Shown piece after piece: positions 59,601-64,000 of a DNA stretch of 64,000 nt. The notes below the pieces were generated by a model. The model searched no databases. It saw nothing but the letters and a program-made list of their open reading frames with translations, and was not told where the DNA came from. This DNA comes from Squalus acanthias (taxonomy: Eukaryota): positions 4,030,001-4,094,000 of the forward strand of contig CM059432.1 in the NCBI GenBank assembly GCA_030390025.1, in the 5' to 3' direction. Positions within the stretch are counted from its first letter, which is position 1; each line of letters opens with the position of its first letter. The position numbers and the translations under genes are program-made.

Positions 59601-61261
59601 GCTTATATTCGCTAGAGTTTAGAAAAATGAGAGGGGATCTCATTGAAACTTATAAAATTCTAACAGGACTAGACAGACTAGATGCAGGAAGGATGTTCCC
59701 GATGGCGGGGGAGTCCAGAACCAGGAGTCTAAAGATAAGGGGTAAGCCATTTAGGACTGAGATGAGGAGGAATTTCTTCACCCAGAGAGTGGTGAAGCTG
59801 TGGAATTCTCTACTACAGAAGGCAGTAGAGGCCAATTCATTAAATATATTCAAGAAGGAGTTAGATATATTTCTTAAGGCTGAAGGGTTCAAGGTATATG
59901 GGCAGAAAGCAGGGACAGGGTACTGAATTTGGATGATCAGCCATGATCTCATTAAATGGTGGAACAGGCTCGAGGGGCCGAATGGCCTACTCCTGCTCCT
60001 ATCTTCTATGTTTCTATGTTTCTATTCCTGGAATGTGGACATTACTGTCAAGGCCAGCATTTATTGCCCATCCCTAATTGCCCTTGAGAAGGTGATGGTG
60101 AGCCGCCTTCTTGAACCGCTGCAGTCCGTGTGGTGAAGGTGCTCCCACAGTGCTGTTAGGGAGCGAGTTCCAGGATTTTGACCTAGCAACGATGAAGGAT
60201 CGGTGATATACTTCCAAGTCAGGATGGTGTGTGACTTGGAGGGGAACTTGGAGGTGGTGGTGTTCCCATGCGCCTGCTGCCCTTGTCCTTCTAGGTGGAA
60301 GAGGTCGCGGGTTTGTGAGGTGCTGCTGAAGAAGCCGTGGCGAGTTGCTGCATTGCATTTTGTAGATGGTACACACTGCAGCCACGGTACGCCAGTAGTG
60401 GAGGGAGTGAATGTTTAAGGTGGGGGATGGGGTGCCAATCAAATGGCCATGGCCACTGTTTTATCTTGGAGATTACAAAAGCAAAACTAACAAAATCGAC
60501 TACCCCCAATAAATCCCTCCAAAGCCTTGCACCTCCCTATTTCTGTAACCATCCCCCCCCCCCCCACACACCTCGAGATATCTGCGCTCCTCCAATTCTG
60601 ACCTCTTGCGCATCGCTGATTTTAATCGCTCCACCTTTGGCGGCCGTGCCTTCAGCTGCCTGAGCCCTAAGCCCTGGAATTCCCATCCTAAACCTCTCCG
60701 CCTCTCTACCTCCCTCTCCTCCTTTAAGGCGCTCATAAACCAACCTCTTTGACCAAGCTTTTGGTCGCCTCTCCTTATATCTCCTTATGTGGCTCGGTGT
60801 CAAATTGTGTTTGATAATCGCTCCTGTGAAGCACCTTGGGAGGCTTTAGTATATTAAAGGCGCTATATAAATACAAGTTGTTGTTCTGACCCAATATGTA
60901 AGGGAGGAAGCGCTGCTTGACCGAGTAATGGGAAATGAACTGGAGCAGATAAGAGAAGTAAGCAGGAGAGAACATCTAGGGAGCAGTGATCACAATATAA
61001 TATGGTTCAAGACAATGGTTGAGGGATATAAACAACAAAGTAATAGATTGGGGAAAAAAACCACGATGAGGAAATGAGGTTGGAACTAAAGAAGGTAAAC
61101 TGGAGCAAAGTATTTCCAGAAAGTTGAATAAGAGTGGCAATATTTAAAGTAGAGATCAATAGATATCAGCAGAAAAATATATTCCACTAAAGAATAAGAG
61201 CAAACTAGCCAAGAATGAGGCATCATGGATAAATAAAGAGGTGAGGATGAGATTCAATCTA

Positions 61262-61760
61262 AAGGGGAGTGCAACGAAGGTTCACCGGACTGATTCATGG
61301 GATGGGGAATTGTCCTATGAGAAGAGATTGAGTAGACTTGGCCTATATTCTCTAGAGTGTAGAAGAATGAGAGGTGATCTCATTGAAACATACAAAATTC
61401 TTAAGGGGCTTGACAGGGTAGATGCAGGGAGGATGTTTCCCCTGGCTGGGGAGTCTAGAACACGGTCAAAGTCTCAGAATAAGGGGTCGGCCATTTAGGA
61501 CGGAGAGGAGGAGAAATTTCTTCACTCAAAGGGTTGTGAATCTTTGGGATTCTCCACCCCAGAGGGCTGTGGAGACTCAGTCATTGAGTATATTCAAGTC
61601 AGAGATCGATAGATTTTTGGACTCTAGGGGAATCAAGGGGTATGGGGATAGTGCAGGAAAGTGGAGATGAGGTCGAAGATCAGTCATGATCACATTGAAT
61701 GGCGGAGCAGGCTCAAGGGGCCGTATGGCCGACTCCTGCTCCTAATTCTTATGTTCTTAA
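61262..61760 (+). mobile_element. CR1 3' fragment
   Basis: [14 protein letters not shown] motif and CR1 tail. Confidence 0.8.
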
Positions 61761-61914
61761 GTAAAAAAAACGGCATCTGCAAAGTACATAAACAATAAAG
61801 GAGAGGATCACAAAATGAAATGGTTGATTATGGCAAAGAGTTCTAACAGCAAGAGACACCAAGCAAAAAATCATGAAGTTAGGAGCAAAGTGGAAGTCAG
61901 GCGGAACTTTTTAG

Positions 61915-63505
61915 AAACATAGAAACATAGCAAAATAGGAGCAGGAGTAGGCCATTCAGCCCTTCAAGCCTGCTCCGCCATTCAATAAGATCATGGCTGA
62001 TCCTCTATCTCAATACCATATTCCCGCTCTCTCCCCATACCCCTTGATGCCTTTTGTGTCTAGAAATCTATCGATCTCCTTCTTAAATATATTCAGTGAC
62101 TTGGCCTCCACAGCCTTCTGTGGTAGAGAATTCCACAGGTTCACCACCCTCTGAGTGAAGAAATTTCTCCTCATCTCAGTCCTAAATGTCCTACCCCGTA
62201 TCCTGAGACTGTGACCCCTCGTTCTAGACCTCCCCAGCCAGGGGAAACATCCTCCCTGCATCCAGTCTGTCTAGCCATGTGAGAATGTTATACATTTCAA
62301 TGAGATCCCCTCTCATTCTTCTAAACTCTAGTGAATACAAGCCTAGTCGACCCAATCTCTTCTCATACGACAGTCCTGTCATCCCAGGAATCAGTCTGGT
62401 GAACCTTCGCTGCACTCCCTCTATGGCAAGTATATCCTTTCTTAGATAAGGAGACCAAACCTGTGCACAGTACTCCAGGTGTGGTCTCACCAAGGCCCTG
62501 TACAACTGTAGTAATGAAGGGATAATTACTAGTCCTAACCCCTTTAGGGCTACCCCAGATCAGACGTATTCCTCAGACGTTCAATTTCAACTAAAGTTTG
62601 AGGTAGCCAAATCCTAAAGATGCTTCATTGGGTCTAAAGGTCTGGACTATCTCTCCCTAAACGAAAGGAACAACCTGAAAATGTTACCGTCCTCTAGATA
62701 GCACTTTTAATAAGTTTAGCTAGACTGTAACGTTCCGGAGATTTCTGCTGATGTAAGCTAATTATCTCTAGTCATTTTTCTGCTGACCCCTGCAATTCTT
62801 ACAGTCACCTCAGCTGGTAGCATTAAGAATTATGTCTCTTCTCTAGGTGTTCTAAGTTTACCATAAAAAATGGTTTAACGGCGGGTGTGTTTTACTTGAT
62901 GTCATTTTTACGAAGGCTGATGTTTGTGCTTCTTTACGAGGTGTAAATTAGAACACCTCGTCCAGGGTGAACCATTGTTTTGTTCCCAAAGGTCAGCCTG
63001 TTGGGAGCCTTTAACCTTCTGTTTCAATAAGGTTATTGATTCAGTGTCAACAACTATCTTATCTCTATAGCCAGAATGGCTTTCACAGCTTTTTCATAGT
63101 TAGGTTTCTAGATTTCAAGACCCAGTTTGTCATATTTTAATAAGGCCAGAATCCTTTCATAGAATGGTGTATTTTTCTGAATAGGTTATATGGCTTATTC
63201 CTTCACAGTAAGACATCCTTACTCCTGTACTCAAATCCTCTTGCAATGAAGGCCAACATACAATGTGCCTTCTTAACTGCTTGCTGCACCTGCATGTTTG
63301 CTTTCAGTGACTGGTGTACAAGGACACCCAGGTCCCTTTGTACATCAGAATTTCCCAATCTATCACCATTTAAATAATACTCTGCCTTTCTGTTTTTCCT
63401 ACCGAAGTGGATAACTTCACATTTATCCACGTTATACTGCATCTGCCGTGTATTTGCCCACTCACTCAACTTGTCTAAATCGCCTTGAAGTCTTTTTGTA
63501 TCCTC
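61915..63505 (-). mobile_element. CR1 3' fragment interrupted by an LTR-like insertion
   Basis: ORFs 62010-62261, 62224-62505 and 63203-63547. Confidence 0.85.
62515..63205. mobile_element. LTR-like insertion, 691 bp
   Basis: TGAAGGGATAA...TTATTCCTTCA termini; 6-bp TSD TAGTAA/CAGTAA; interrupts a CR1. Confidence 0.7.
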
Positions 63506-64000
63506 CTTGAAGCCTCTTTTCACCCAAACCAATGATGATTTTATCAAAAATGATAAATATATTATTTAAAATCCTGTTCTCCTCTTCAAATCCCTCCAAT
63601 GGCCTCACTTCTCCCTATTTCTGTAGTACTCTTCAGCATAACATCCTCTCCCACAACCTTCAGTCCTTCATCTCCTGGACATCCCTCTCACCTTGCCCCA
63701 TCATGTGTGCACAAATCGGTTGCCACATTTGGCGGTATAACAGTGATTACACTTCAAAAATGATTCATTGGCTGTGAAGCACTTTGGAAAGGCGTTCTAT
63801 AGATTAAGTCCTTGCGATTGATGGCAGAACCTCCAGTCGTCTTGGCCCTTCTTTCTGGATCTCTCTCCCTAAACCCATTTCATAGAATCATAGAATGACA
63901 CAGCACAGAAGGAGGCCACTTGGCCCATCGTGCTTGTGCCGGCTCTTTGAAAGAGCTCTCCAATTAGTCCCACTCCCCCTGCCCTTCCCCATAGCCCTGC

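Larger units (their letters stand above)
54430..60025 (+). mobile_element. Near full-length CR1 LINE with esterase (GDS) ORF1 and frameshifted ORF2, interrupted at 54720-56644
   Basis: ORF1 ...IPLSNRY... continuing as VVIGDSIVRGIDR...CCLPGARV; endonuclease 57332-57949; RT 58817-59926; (TTTCTATG)n tail. Confidence 0.9.

Overview
Repeat-dense vertebrate DNA with no recognisable host protein-coding gene. The V-domain (HE1-like) and Deu-domain SINEs, CR1 LINEs with an esterase ORF1, and Penelope and Harbinger remnants point to a cartilaginous fish (inference). The centrepiece is a young, nearly intact 12,851-bp endogenous retrovirus on the minus strand (16208-29058). It has a 4-bp TSD (TTCT), ~1.7-kb LTRs that differ at about 10 sites, an 18-nt tRNA-Arg(UCG) primer-binding site and a polypurine tract. 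Gag (602 aa) starts inside the primer-binding site. It is joined in frame to Pol (PR, RT with YVDD, a dead RNase H tether, an active RNase H, IN and a long tail) across a single UGA-CUAG readthrough-type stop. Env has an F-protein-like layout, an apparent immunoglobulin domain ahead of the furin site, and one premature stop. This architecture fits a lokiretrovirus-like lineage (inference; phylogeny needed). A diverged solo LTR of the same group (33646-38204) carries a nested CR1. Also present are unrelated solo LTRs with 5- and 6-bp TSDs, minimal hammerhead ribozymes in Penelope-like termini, and stacked Harbinger elements. Boundaries of old repeats are approximate; everything was read by eye.
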